IMG/VR virus record: IMGVR_UViG_3300013006_000020 | Span: 57,998-121,997 of that record | From: a virus | Length of the DNA stretch: 64,000 nucleotides | Direction: 5' to 3' (one strand) | Shown: positions 48,430 to 59,675 of the stretch, in pieces | Position numbering within the stretch: the first letter of the stretch is position 1 | Layout of the letters: every line of letters starts with the position of its first letter | Notes under the pieces: generated by a model | What the model was told of the DNA's origin: nothing | What the model saw: only the letters and a program-made list of their open reading frames with translations | Databases searched by the model: none | Position numbers and translations under genes: made by a program

Positions 48430-50580
48430 TCAGAGCTTGACGATATAATCAATGATTTGGTTGTTGGTTTTGTTGTTACGATCAAAGCTACGAATCATCG
48501 AAAGCAGTGGGTATTGTTTTTCGAGGTTGTGAGTTAGTTCAGACTTAAGACTAGCAGCGTCTTCATTTTCAACGCTGATACCTTCAGCGAATGATGGAAA
48601 CCATCGTGAAAGTTCCTTGATGTTATCATAGCAACTACTCTTGGACTTGCTCTTGTTTTCCTCCATAAATTTCTTGACATTTTCCCAAAGGCCGATAATC
48701 TTCAGAATATCTGGCTTGTTTGTAAATTCGCTTCTGCGACTAGCGAGAACATCAAGCATGTTTTTGCTGAAAACGCCCATACCATAGTATGAGTTAAGTT
48801 CTTCCCATATATCATTAACGCTCTTGAATTGCACAAAAGATTTAACGAGTTGGTTTCCCTTGAGCTTTTCTTGCATGTAAGACATCACATCTGTCCACTT
48901 GTCATCAAAGCCTTCAGTTTCACTAACCTTAAAAACAGGAATCTTGGTGATATCTAGAGTGTCTCCAGTAACTTTGTTGAACGCCTTGATGATTGAGGCG
49001 AACTCCTTTGCGTTCAGCCTTGCGCCCAACAAACGAACAAAAAAGTGATCAGACTTGATGTACAAGCCGCCAAGCTTCTTGTCGCATTGCCCAGCATGAA
49101 AATTCTCTGACTGAGTTCCAAAGCCTTTAAGACTCTTTTCATCTCTGATAAAGAAGCAATTCTGCAATCTCTGACCCTTCTGTCGTGGGCCTCGAATTAC
49201 CTTTGGTGCTTCGGGAAGAACGCTTGCGTTTCTGAAGAGTGATGAACTTAGATGATTAAGCTTCAGCCAATCGTTCGATTGTGTGATTGTACCGGTGACA
49301 GAATCCTTACAATCAAAGAAACTGATAAGCACATAATGTTTGTTCATTGTCTTCGCATGATGTGTCATCTTAGCATAATTGCCACGCTGACCATCGTGAT
49401 AGAAGATCTCATCCACACCACGATAATTTGTCTTATCAAGAAAGATCTGGTGTACAATTTCGCTCTTTCCATTCGGGTTGTAAAGACGAGCAGAACAGAA
49501 GCTTGTGTTGATGTCAAGATTTGGAGAACTGATACTGACACCATTCCACTTAATCTTGCCATTAATGATATAGCTAAGGTGACGATTGTATGAAGCGTAA
49601 GTACGACGAGCCTCAATAATGTTGGCACAAGACTTAATCTTTGCTTCAGCATTGGCTGTAACTTCAGCCTCAATCTTCTTTACACGATTAAGAATCGCCT
49701 TTTTGGTAGCGTCATTATACTCAAGCTCTTCGCGGTTTGCAGAAATACTCAGCTCACCAATGGAAAACTCAATGCAGATTGGTGTAGTAAGAGCATTTAT
49801 GTTATGACTGCCATTGGTCAAGGTCTGGACATTGATTGGGTAACCAATATTTCCCATGATAGCGACAGCTGCTCTATTGTCATATTGACCGCTTTGTTCT
49901 TCGTAAATAATCCATCCACTTCCAGAAATCAGCTGCTTCTGATCACTCTGGAATACCAGGTTGCTGATGTTGACAACATTTGGCTTTACCTTGAAATACT
50001 TTACAGCCCGAACAATTTCGCGCTCAAACGAACTGATGTCTGAGATGTTTACAGGAATAACAATTTCAATTCCGCTTTCTTCGGTTGTTTCAGACTCAGA
50101 AATCTTTGCAATTGAACCAAGACGAGTCTCGTCAATGTACGCTGTGTATGTGTGCTTACGACCATCCTTGTAAGAAACGATGGTGAAAGAGTCTCCATAT
50201 GCAAATCCACTCTTTGAGCCAAGTCCAAGCTGACCAGTATATTCATTACTATTACGCTTGGTGCTGCGACCATACATACAGTAAACATTGCGAATATCAT
50301 CTTCGCTTAGTCCGCGACCATAATCACGAACCTTGAATTGCGGACTCATGCGAGTTGGAGCGGTGATCGTAACTGGTCGATCACGCATTTGATTTTCGAC
50401 ATTGGCATCTGCTGCATTTGTCGAATACTCACGGACAACCGCCGCAATCTTGTTGGAATACAGCTTACTGCGAAGAATGTCAAAGATGTAAACTAGGTCT
50501 TCACTTGACGAAATGCCAAACTTAGACTCTGTGAATGAACCAAAACGTTCAACGGTTGGGGGTGTGATATTTGAGATCAT
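48430..50580 (-). CDS. rIIA: RIIA-like protein (GHKL ATPase N-terminus)
   Basis: LYSNKI.AVVRE...NA.DA, DYGRGLS, STK, G.LGLGSKS. Confidence 0.85.
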   Translation of the reverse strand: MISNITPPTVERFGSFTESKFGISSSEDLVYIFDILRSKLYSNKIAAVVREYSTNAADANVENQMRDRPVTITAPTRMSPQFKVRDYGRGLSEDDIRNVYCMYGRSTKRNSNEYTGQLGLGSKSGFAYGDSFTIVSYKDGRKHTYTAYIDETRLGSIAKISESETTEESGIEIVIPVNISDISSFEREIVRAVKYFKVKPNVVNISNLVFQSDQKQLISGSGWIIYEEQSGQYDNRAAVAIMGNIGYPINVQTLTNGSHNINALTTPICIEFSIGELSISANREELEYNDATKKAILNRVKKIEAEVTANAEAKIKSCANIIEARRTYASYNRHLSYIINGKIKWNGVSISSPNLDINTSFCSARLYNPNGKSEIVHQIFLDKTNYRGVDEIFYHDGQRGNYAKMTHHAKTMNKHYVLISFFDCKDSVTGTITQSNDWLKLNHLSSSLFRNASVLPEAPKVIRGPRQKGQRLQNCFFIRDEKSLKGFGTQSENFHAGQCDKKLGGLYIKSDHFFVRLLGARLNAKEFASIIKAFNKVTGDTLDITKIPVFKVSETEGFDDKWTDVMSYMQEKLKGNQLVKSFVQFKSVNDIWEELNSYYGMGVFSKNMLDVLASRRSEFTNKPDILKIIGLWENVKKFMEENKSKSKSSCYDNIKELSRWFPSFAEGISVENEDAASLKSELTHNLEKQYPLLSMIRSFDRNNKTNNQIIDYIVKL

Positions 50581-50876
50581 GCTTTTCTAAAAGTTTCATC
50601 TTGCGATAAAGGTTCAATATTAACGGATGCTATTTTTTTACCAACTTCTTGAATTGTTTTATACTTGACAGACTGCGCATCTGCTTCGACTTCGTCTAAA
50701 ACAGATTCAATTACTTCAGTCTGAACACCAAAAGACACAGATATTCTAGCAGATTCTACGGCAGCAGATCTGAAAGAAGTAAATGTTTTTGCTGCACCAA
50801 CAGCAGAAAATGTGTTTCCGTTCCAGAAAAGCCCTAATGATTTATCGGACTTTATTTGACGTATTTGCAATGCCAT
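50577..50876 (-). CDS. Hypothetical protein
   Basis: Preceded by GTGTATTACA motif (50880..50889). Confidence 0.5.
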   Translation of the reverse strand: MALQIRQIKSDKSLGLFWNGNTFSAVGAAKTFTSFRSAAVESARISVSFGVQTEVIESVLDEVEADAQSVKYKTIQEVGKKIASVNIEPLSQDETFRKA

Positions 50877-52201
50877 GATTGTAATACACTAGAGATGCTT
50901 CCTAATCACCTCTGTCATCTCTGTAGTTATGTTCTTAAACTCCTCAAAGCTTGCCTCAGGATTTACAAGTCTATTACCATAACTACTGCAAATCTTAAAG
51001 TTTGTTACTGAATCATTCTTGTTCTCGCTATTGAGCCAAAGAGAACATCGCAAAATTGTGGAGGTGTTATATGGTAAGCCACTGTAGCTCTTTCGACTAA
51101 AGACAGAATCACAAACATAAATTTCACAACCAATAGTCAAACCGTTATATGCACGAGACCATACATGAACCCAGGTATTAAACCCTGGCATATCTGCAAA
51201 TGGCATCCTCCTCATATTTGTGAAGCCATTGATGCTAGGAATCGTTCTGTTGTTGAAAAGGTAACGATTAAAAAGTGCAGTCACTGAATACCTCCGATTG
51301 AGTCAAGGCCGATTTCAACTACAGGTTCAAAATCCTTTGCGTCACCACCTTCGTCAATTACCTTATTATATTGCTCAAGTGGGACAATGCAGATAGAACA
51401 TCCACGAACATCAGTAAAAGTTTCGCCATCATTAAGAACAACGACAGTAACAAATTCACTCATTTTATTCTCCGTAATATTCAATAACATTGTCAATTGC
51501 TGATTGACCGTCTTCAAATAGCCAATTTTCACAGGTTGTGTATGCCGTCAGCCCAGTATTGGATTCTTCGTTTACGTAAGTTTGAAATTTGGTTGCTTCA
51601 GTAGCTTCCGTAAAGCAGTAGGTGTTTGAAACGTTTCCGTCGTCATCTTCAACAAGAACTGTCCAAATCGTCATTGGATTCCTTTTATTATCCTACCACA
51701 TCATCAATGTACCACTTGTATCCAACATCCTTAGCAAGATTCTTTAGATCAATGGTCAAAGTATCAATTTCCTCATCTGCAAGTGGGCCATTTACATCAT
51801 TGATTTCTGGATAATCAAAAACGACAATTACCTTCATAGCCAAGCATCTCCTTTCATATTGACTGTAAACCCACAGTTTTGACTCAGTGTATCGTAGACA
51901 TATTCAGCAAAATCAAAAGAGCTAACAAACTTCTTAACCCTTTCAACTTCCTTCTTATCTACAAGATTAAAACCGACACCCCAGGATGTCTGCACACTAG
52001 TAACTGTCTTTCTAGTGTAGTCAGTCAGTCGAATTTCTTTGATGTCCCAAACAGATGAAACAAAATCCATGTGTTCATCATCGTCTTCCTCATCCTCATT
52101 TAGAAATTCAATACCAACCTCAATTCTAATCTCGTATAGAGCATCATCGTCTGGAATGCAGACATCATTAAATACCATCGTCTTGGTGATCATTGTTTTC
52201 C

Positions 52202-52999
52202 TTAGTGTTGAATGTATGAAACATTCTTTACTGACCTGTCCCAACAACTCCTACAGTTTCCACATGACTTCTGTCCAATTTTCTTTGATACTGGGCAAAT
52301 TACATTTTTATGTGTTTCTTTAATTGTGGTGATGATTACTGATGATGTGTTATCAAATCGTGCTGGGGCATTTTTATCAACGATGTGCGCAGAAACACGG
52401 ATACAAAGATTGCTTGGGATATCAAAATCAACAGAGTCAATAATTTCGTACTCTCGCGTTGGAAGCCAATGTTGGGTGTTCTTTGTGTTATCGCAAATAA
52501 TGCAGATGTTCTTTAGATGTTCGATTGATTGAAGATCACCACTATCGTGCCAACGAAAGAACTTGTCAGATCTTCGATTAATTGAGAAGATCATTGCAGG
52601 AACCCACATTGAATTAAAAAGCGATTCAAATCGTCTTGCGTTAGCAGCCTTTACATTACGCCAAGCGTAGTTGGAGTGGTGCTTACCTTGTCTAACCCAA
52701 TCCCAATCGTCTGCTGCATAGCAAGAAAAGCAAACAGATCCAGCGACAACTTTGAGTTTAGATCCGGTTTTACACTTGCTTGATGGGAGTCCGTATCCCC
52801 ATCCTGGCATCTTTGATGGCGCTGAAAAACCACCGTGAACCGTATCAGCTTGCTTTAGATTCTTGAACAGCAACAGGTCGTTCTGCAGATTCTTCAGATC
52901 GTACACCGTTATCAATCTGTTGTTCAGTACGGGCAATTGCATGAGCATCGAAAACCTTTCCAATGGGCTTGTTAGCAAAAATGGCTTCGCAAATATCAA
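52202..52999 (-). CDS. GP88-like Cys-rich phage protein
   Basis: SKMPG, C.SCYA, FRWHDSGD, WLPTRE, C..CR.CW. Confidence 0.7.
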   Translation of the reverse strand: MIFAKPFLLTSPLERFSMLMQLPVLNNRLITVYDLKNLQNDLLLFKNLKQADTVHGGFSAPSKMPGWGYGLPSSKCKTGSKLKVVAGSVCFSCYAADDWDWVRQGKHHSNYAWRNVKAANARRFESLFNSMWVPAMIFSINRRSDKFFRWHDSGDLQSIEHLKNICIICDNTKNTQHWLPTREYEIIDSVDFDIPSNLCIRVSAHIVDKNAPARFDNTSSVIITTIKETHKNVICPVSKKIGQKSCGNCRSCWDRSVKNVSYIQH

Positions 53000-54960
53000 G
53001 CATGAATTTATGTTGATCGATCAATCTGCGCCTTCTTTCTCTTGTCGTTCGCTTTCAGCAAGTCTTTTGAGTACCGTACTGTATTGGTCATTGACTCTTT
53101 CAATAGACCTTTTGAGTGAACTGTCTGCGGTTTCTTCAGAGTCGCTTTGTTGACTTTTGTAATGGTCTGTATTCACAAATCTTCCCAGTTATTATCAATT
53201 ATATCTGCAATTGACTTGAACGAAAATCCACTGTTGTCATTTATATATGCAAGCGTTGTGCCGCCCAAGCTTCCATCATGAGACCTCATCTCAGCCCAGG
53301 TCTTTACTTCTTGAGGAAGAAGAGCTGGTTCATCTAAATACTTTTTCTCATTGGAGTCTTCGACCTCAGCCCAGTGATTTCTAGTTTCCTTTGCGTGAAG
53401 ATCACAAAGAACACCAAGACAGCAAAAGTGATTATTACAAAGAAGCATAAAACCTCCCTGCTTATACTCACCAGATCGCAACGCTGCAGACCATTGTTCA
53501 GCAATTTGCTTGTTCATTAGACTCCTAGATCCTTGAAATAGTTTGAGTTCTGCTCGTCAAGAATGTTTTCTGCTTCTCGCTCTTCTTCGGTTATTGAATT
53601 GTTGTGGACGTAATCCATGAGGGCATCTGCGCGCATTTCAATAAAGAAAAAGTCTTCTTCGGTCATCTTTGCGCTAGCCTTCTGCAAAATGTCACTGATG
53701 TAAACGCCAATGCTTTTTGCAACCTTCTTGTCGATCTTTGGATCCATTTTAGATACCTCCCCAATCCTTATGAAGTCCAGCGATCCAAGTTTCTTGGTAA
53801 CCAAACATGTACGCTTCAATCTCATCTGGATCAGTCAAGGAAATCCTTTCACCCTTGTAGGTTCCGTCTGGATACTTATGTGGATCACGTGGACGATTAT
53901 ACCAAGCGTCTGCAGATCCTCTGTCGTAAGGTGAGCCATGCCAATCTGGATACTTTTTGTCCATGTCAATCTCCTTCATCATCGTCAAATCTATCATTGT
54001 CTAGGTAGTCTTCAAGGTCCGGACCGTATGTATGATCATACCATGCCTGTCGCTGCTCCTCCTGGTATTCCAAACTCATGTGTTCCTCCCCCGTCTTATA
54101 ATTTTCACTATAAGGCTTCTTTGGATCCACAAAATTGCTTTCAAGAATCTCAAGAATGTCCGCAATGTTCTGCTCTTGGATCATGAAAGACGGCAGCTCG
54201 TGGCTCAAACTTTGACCGTCTTGACACAAAGAAAAGAATGACTGAATTGAGTCGTCTTCAACCATCTTTTCAAAGTTCGACCAAAGTTCTGAAATCTTTT
54301 CGTCTGAGACATCAATTAGCATAATTACTCTTGGCATTTGAAATTACTCCAATTCGTTTTCACGAGCCTGTTCCATACGATGCTCAGCATTTACATTTGA
54401 GTAATGCTCAGCAGCCTGTGAAGCCCAATCGTTGTCTTGGGCGTCCTCAATGCAAATTTCCTCAAGGTGCTTGGAAACAACAGACTTGAGTTTATTTACA
54501 TCGTAGTTTTCTTCTTCAATTGCTGTATAGTCCACATCAATCCTTTCGCAAAGAATGGAAATGATTTCTACGATCAGAGGCTCGTATCGGCTATGGAAAA
54601 TGCCATACTGTGGCTCTGGTGGAAACAGATCCCACTTGGTAATTTCAAACTCCACATGAAGGAGACAGTTTCGCCCAAAACAACACTCAAGATCTGACTT
54701 AAGTGGCTCGCTCCTAAGGGCATTAATGTCAATTTCGGTTGTAAAGATCTTACCCATTGCCTTCATCCTCCAAAATCATAAGGTGTCCAGGTCCATTTCC
54801 TTCGGGATCTCGCATAATTAGACAGTCAAACTTTCTGCCCTTCTTTTCAATTCGCAGGCCATAGCAGCTTTCATAATCCTGACCATCAACAAGAACTTGA
54901 GTGATAACACCGCCAACTAGGGGAAGAAGGTATTCAATTTCGGGGTCGGTCTTGATGCGC

Positions 54961-55658
54961 TTAGCCATTTGTGTTCTCCTGCTTAAAACAGTCCCATCCA
55001 CGATCATCTGCAATTCGTTCTGGCTCTCTATAGTTCTCTAATGAATCTGCGGTCTGTCTGCAATACATCCGCCTCGCCTCGTCGCGCTCACGCAACGCAT
55101 CAACGAGTTGATTGTTGAGGTTCTTGATCGTTTCGTTCAGGTACTCGCGCTCTTCTTCGCTCACTTGTCGTCCTCCTTGAAACAGTCCCATCCACGGACA
55201 ACAGAGTGAAAAATTGGATTACTGCTATCGGTTCCATCAGCAGATGGATTCATAGCAAGAACCCTACAAAGCTCCCTCCTTGCCTGATCGCGTTCGGATC
55301 TTAGTTCATCTTTGTGACGATAGAAGATATCTCTGAAATTCTGTATCTCAGGTGAGAAGCCAGTATGACCATCCTTGAAGCAATCCCATCCCTTTGAGTG
55401 AGCATAGTCACCTCCAAGGAAGCCAGTCATGTGCATCATACTACAAACATCACGCCTTGCTTCATCGCGTTCCTTAATGAGTTGTTCAATCCGCCCATCG
55501 TAAATTGCCTTTTGCTCAATCAACAAAGTTCTGATCATTCCTGACATAGTGTTCTCCTTAAGATCCCAATTGATCCTTCTTATTTCCATACAAAGCACGA
55601 ATGACAAGAGATGCCTTTGCACGGTCAGAAAGTCCGCCAAGAAGACGCTGCTGCACAA
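54961..55658 (-). other. Two small ORFs with ERDEARR...C...GWDCFK repeats
   Basis: 55161..55658 has two copies and 54961..55191 has one. Confidence 0.6.
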
Positions 55659-57009
55659 AACTAAGTTGGGAGTCAGTCATGTTCCCATCAGCAACAAGCT
55701 TCTCAATGAACTCCGAAATTCCCTGACATTGGTTGACATACAGCAGTTCGTAAATAGACAACTGCCTGTCATCGTTCGCTGGTCGAATGTCAGTAGACAT
55801 TACCTTAATTGTTTCCTGCTTGTTTCCATCCTTTGATCGTGCCATCTTTAGTCTCCAGTCAAAGAAAAGTCCACGGAGTCGATCCCACACCAAAGCACAA
55901 AACGCGTTTCTGAGCAGCCAGGGCTGCTTTTTGATCGTATTTGAACACTCCAAACGCACCCACTCAGTCTTAACAATACCGTCTGTATACATAGGAGTAA
56001 GACAGATAAGGGTATGAAAAGACTCGCGGTCTACGAAGGTGTCATGAGGAGTTTCATCAGGTAAATTATCTTTCACAGAAGTCCTCAAATCAAAGTTTGG
56101 TTTTTCGTGGTTTTCTGTGGTCATAACGGTATTGTGGATGTTGTGGTGGTGGGTTTCTGTGGTTTTAGAATGTTTTATGTGGTCTTAACGAAAGCAGTCG
56201 TTTGCTCCGTTGACTTCAGGAGAGATCCCACCAATGTCGGCACCATTCATCATTCTTATCACCGTTTTGATAAGCCCAATTGCGATATTGGGTGTTTGCT
56301 TTGATCCAGGCATTAGAGAGATCTGTGTAGAGAGTGTTGTAAAACTCCACAACATTCTCGTTAGTAGCCTTATCAAGTCTTTCTGCTACACGTTCTGCCT
56401 TTCTCATTAGATGTTCAGAGGCAAACCGGATCTTACGTTCGTGCTTTTTCTTTTGGCTCATTATGGCTATTCTTTTGGTTATGACTCATCAGAAGCGTCT
56501 TCGGTAAAGATCTGATCCCATCCATCAGGAGAAATACCACTAATGATGAACTCCCTATCTGCTGTGCTCAGATAAGGAAAAGCATTCTGGGCTAGCTTTC
56601 TACGCTCCTGCCAATCCACAAAGTCCTGTAGCTGAACAAAGACAGTGTAAGACTTGTGAGTAACAACGCAATTCTTGGTGATTTCAAACTTCATATCAAG
56701 CCTCCGTAAGAGCCTTTGCGAACCAACGAGCAAGACCGCCCCACATGCTGGAAATAAACAGACCGCAGATACCGTAGTATCCACCATGCCAGGCCATGTA
56801 GTAGCAAGTCATTATCACAACAAGACTTACAACGAAAGAAGCGACAATTATCCAGATTTTCCAAGTTGGCAGTTTCATGACTTTTTGAACTTTCTTTTAA
56901 AAGTGGCAATTATGTTATGGAATCGCCCTTTTGCTAACACCTATCATGTATGGGTTTGTCGTTGTAAGTGCGCTTTGTGTGAATGATTCTTCTTCTAGAA
57001 AGAAAGTAA

Positions 57010-57396
57010 TCACCACCAAGAAGTGTAGAAAACTCTCTTGTCTTCATCAAGGATTAACTGCTTAGCTTTCCTTACAAAGTCAAGGTCGTAAGAAATTTCA
57101 TCTTCGTGCCTAGAAGACTGACCAAAGAAGAAACCAACAGTGTCAGGAAGTCTATCCTCCTTAATAGTTTCTTCCAGGTTGTCCAAGTCATCAATGGTCA
57201 GCTCAACAGGAACGCAATTGAACTGGCTGTCCATACCACCCTTTTCTACATAAAGATTTTGCATCCATCCGTGAAGATTCGGGTGCTTTCGCCAGTAAGC
57301 AATCTCAAGACTGTCGTCGGGGCGAGCAAAGTCCACACGAACACCATCAGGAATCTCGTTTGCATCGCAAGCATAACACCACTGGTCTAGTCCCAT
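57010..57396 (-). CDS. Conserved phage protein (MGLD...YWRK family)
   Basis: MGLDQ, YWRKHPNLHGWM, GFFFG, YTSWW. Confidence 0.7.
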   Translation of the reverse strand: MGLDQWCYACDANEIPDGVRVDFARPDDSLEIAYWRKHPNLHGWMQNLYVEKGGMDSQFNCVPVELTIDDLDNLEETIKEDRLPDTVGFFFGQSSRHEDEISYDLDFVRKAKQLILDEDKRVFYTSWW

Positions 57397-57426
57397 TTGG
57401 GAGCCTTTCTGTGAGGAGTTTTCGGT

Positions 57427-57648
57427 TCAGCGCGACCTAGAATTTGCACGATCTGCCATTCTAATTGCTTCTACGTCTTCAGTTGGAATGCAGACAATCT
57501 CAGGGGCGGTCTTATGCGCAAAGACCATGTAACCCTTGAACGGTTTCTCATTTGAACACTTGATACAGCGGGTCGTATTTGGAAGTGCCTCTATACGAGC
57601 CGGTGGAATAACACATCCACATACAAGACAGGATTTAAGTGTGTCCAT
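57427..57648 (-). CDS. TraR/DksA C4-type zinc finger protein
   Basis: CLVCG..IP.ARIEALP.T..CIKC. Confidence 0.75.
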   Translation of the reverse strand: MDTLKSCLVCGCVIPPARIEALPNTTRCIKCSNEKPFKGYMVFAHKTAPEIVCIPTEDVEAIRMADRANSRSR

Positions 57649-58399
57649 AAGAAAGTGCTAGGAGAATGAGTGTTGAGATAATGAATCGTGCTTTATTAAT
57701 TTTTCGTGTCTCTTTTTCTAGCCTTGTCATATAGAGCCAAAGCCAGAAACATTGCAGTCCGTGCTAGTTCCTGTTCAGTTTGCGATTTTCCATCGTGCAC
57801 ACAGTCCATGTATGCACGAACACATGACGCGAGTTTTTCTGTTTCTGATGTCAAATTGGTCCATCAGTCAGATAAGCAACATCTGAAAGAAACTTTGCAA
57901 CAAAATCTGGGGACAAATCTGAAGCAACTCCGCTTCCGTCAAAGAAACCTTGCCATCGCTCTGCCAGGCCTTGAGGAAAGCTCTCGGGAGAAACACCATC
58001 CCCCTTCCACATGATCATCACTTCTGCTGTGTTGGAGTCAAAAGAAGAGTTCAAGCGCTCTTTGTGACTGGCAAAAGTATTTCTGTTTGAACAGTAGCAC
58101 ATCCATCCCCACTGTACAGACACCGAGTAGCCATTGGGAAAATCCATGGCAAATCCACGATGACCAATGACTGACTGATCAGAAGCTTTAAAACAAGAAT
58201 CACTCATTGAAGGATCTCTTTCCATAAAGGGTTTGTGTTGCGACTCGAACGTCATCAAGAACTCTATTCAATTTTGAAGACAAAACAGGATCCTTTATTT
58301 CCTCACAGAGAGTGAGCAAGCTCATCCCCGCTCGAGAAACAGAGCAAACTGCACGAGCACGATCTTCTTCTGTCATCTTATTCAATACCAGACCTCAGA

Positions 58400-58440
58400 A
58401 AAGAGAAAGGGGGTGGCGCCCACACTGAACGCCACCCCCA
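58400..58440 (-). terminator. Intrinsic terminator
   Basis: GGGGGTGGCG/CGCCACCCCC stem followed by pyrimidine/T run. Confidence 0.65.
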
Positions 58441-58457
58441 CACAAACCGACTCAGAC

Positions 58458-58871
58458 TTAGGCGCGGAGACCAGCCGACTTGAGAGCTGCCGTGTTGTTC
58501 TCGACAGCCTGAGACTTCTTCTGAGCAGCAAACAGCTCAGTCACAACATCATCACGGTGGATGCTACCCTTACCGGTGGTTCCACGTGCGATACCAGCGA
58601 GAGCAACAGCACGCTCCATCTGGCGGTCGATAGCTGCGATAGCAGCTGCCTTCGCGGACTCACCGAAAGCACGCAGGGTGTCCTCGGTGACTGGAACAGA
58701 CGCGTTCAGAAGCGACGCGACCTGGGCGTTGAGCTGAGACATGGCCTTCGACGGGGTCGCCTTGTCGTCACGGTACTCCGTCACCAGGGTCGTCAGCTGG
58801 GCTGCGCCCTTCTTGGTGGCGTTGATGGTGGAGGAGGCGATGGTCTCGACGGAGGTGTTGAGAGTGGTCAT
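58458..58871 (-). CDS. Ala/Thr-rich early protein, paralogue of 60057..60485
   Basis: NATKK, GTTG.G.IH..DV, ENN.AAL..AG shared; start refined to ATG 58871. Confidence 0.7.
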   Translation of the reverse strand: MTTLNTSVETIASSTINATKKGAAQLTTLVTEYRDDKATPSKAMSQLNAQVASLLNASVPVTEDTLRAFGESAKAAAIAAIDRQMERAVALAGIARGTTGKGSIHRDDVVTELFAAQKKSQAVENNTAALKSAGLRA

Positions 58872-58970
58872 TGTTAGTACCTTAAAGTGAAAAGTGCGTT
58901 TGAAAAGACGATGAGTAACACAGTATTGAGTTGATGATTTGCTCATCTGTTATGATGACAGATTTGAGTG

Positions 58971-59258
58971 TCAAGCCTTGGAAACGGTAAACGTCACACC
59001 GTTCATGGTGACACGAGTGATGGTGTCGCAGTTGATGTGGCGGAACTCGCCCTTCTGCATGTCAAAGACGGTGACCAGGTTCTTGGATGCAGGGTCATAC
59101 TTCATACCCTCTCCAGTAACACCCTTCTTCACACCGCCCCTACAGTTCATGTCGCGCTCCTCTCCATTGGTGCGCTTCACGAAAGTCACGCCGAAGACAC
59201 GGCCGGATTCCTTGGCCTCTTCGATCTTATTAATTGCTTCTGACAGAGTGATCTGCAT
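58971..59258 (-). CDS. SH3/WYL-like beta-barrel protein
   Basis: VTFVKRTNGE.R.M...VFDM.K..FR.I. Confidence 0.55.
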   Translation of the reverse strand: MQITLSEAINKIEEAKESGRVFGVTFVKRTNGEERDMNCRGGVKKGVTGEGMKYDPASKNLVTVFDMQKGEFRHINCDTITRVTMNGVTFTVSKA

Positions 59259-59593
59259 GTTGGTCTCTCTCAACTCATGGAATGGGCAGGAATCTCGAAG
59301 GAACGCTCCTTCACGATACGATCCTGCCATGGCTTGTCACCGACGACGCCGCTAGGCCCGGTCGAGTTCATGTATCCTTGGATCACAATCTCGACACAGT
59401 ATCCTCGCGGAACGTGCCGAAAGGTCTTGCGTGCGGAATCGCAGTAGGCATAGTAGAAGTCCTGCGCGGCAGCAAAGTTTTTGCCGTTATACAGAACCTC
59501 ACTCAGCTCTTCAACGACGCTTGAGTAATAGAACCTACCGTTCGAATCCGTGTGCAAACGATGCACGAGTTGCATAACCTTGACAAACTGCAT

Positions 59594-59675
59594 TTTGACC
59601 TCCTTTGGTCAACATAGACACTCCCAGTAGTGTCTGATTCATTCACTTAGCGGACTGGGCCGCTTTGAGGAGTTT
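59594..59675 (-). promoter_or_regulatory. Structured 5' leader with kissing hairpins and SD-containing hairpin
   Basis: Loops CCCAGU and ACUGGG are exact complements; third hairpin covers AAGGAGG. Confidence 0.55.

Noticed and set aside
57010-57396. Phosphoglycerate kinase label sometimes attached to this family
   Set aside because: 128 aa with no PGK motifs; treated as a conserved hypothetical protein.
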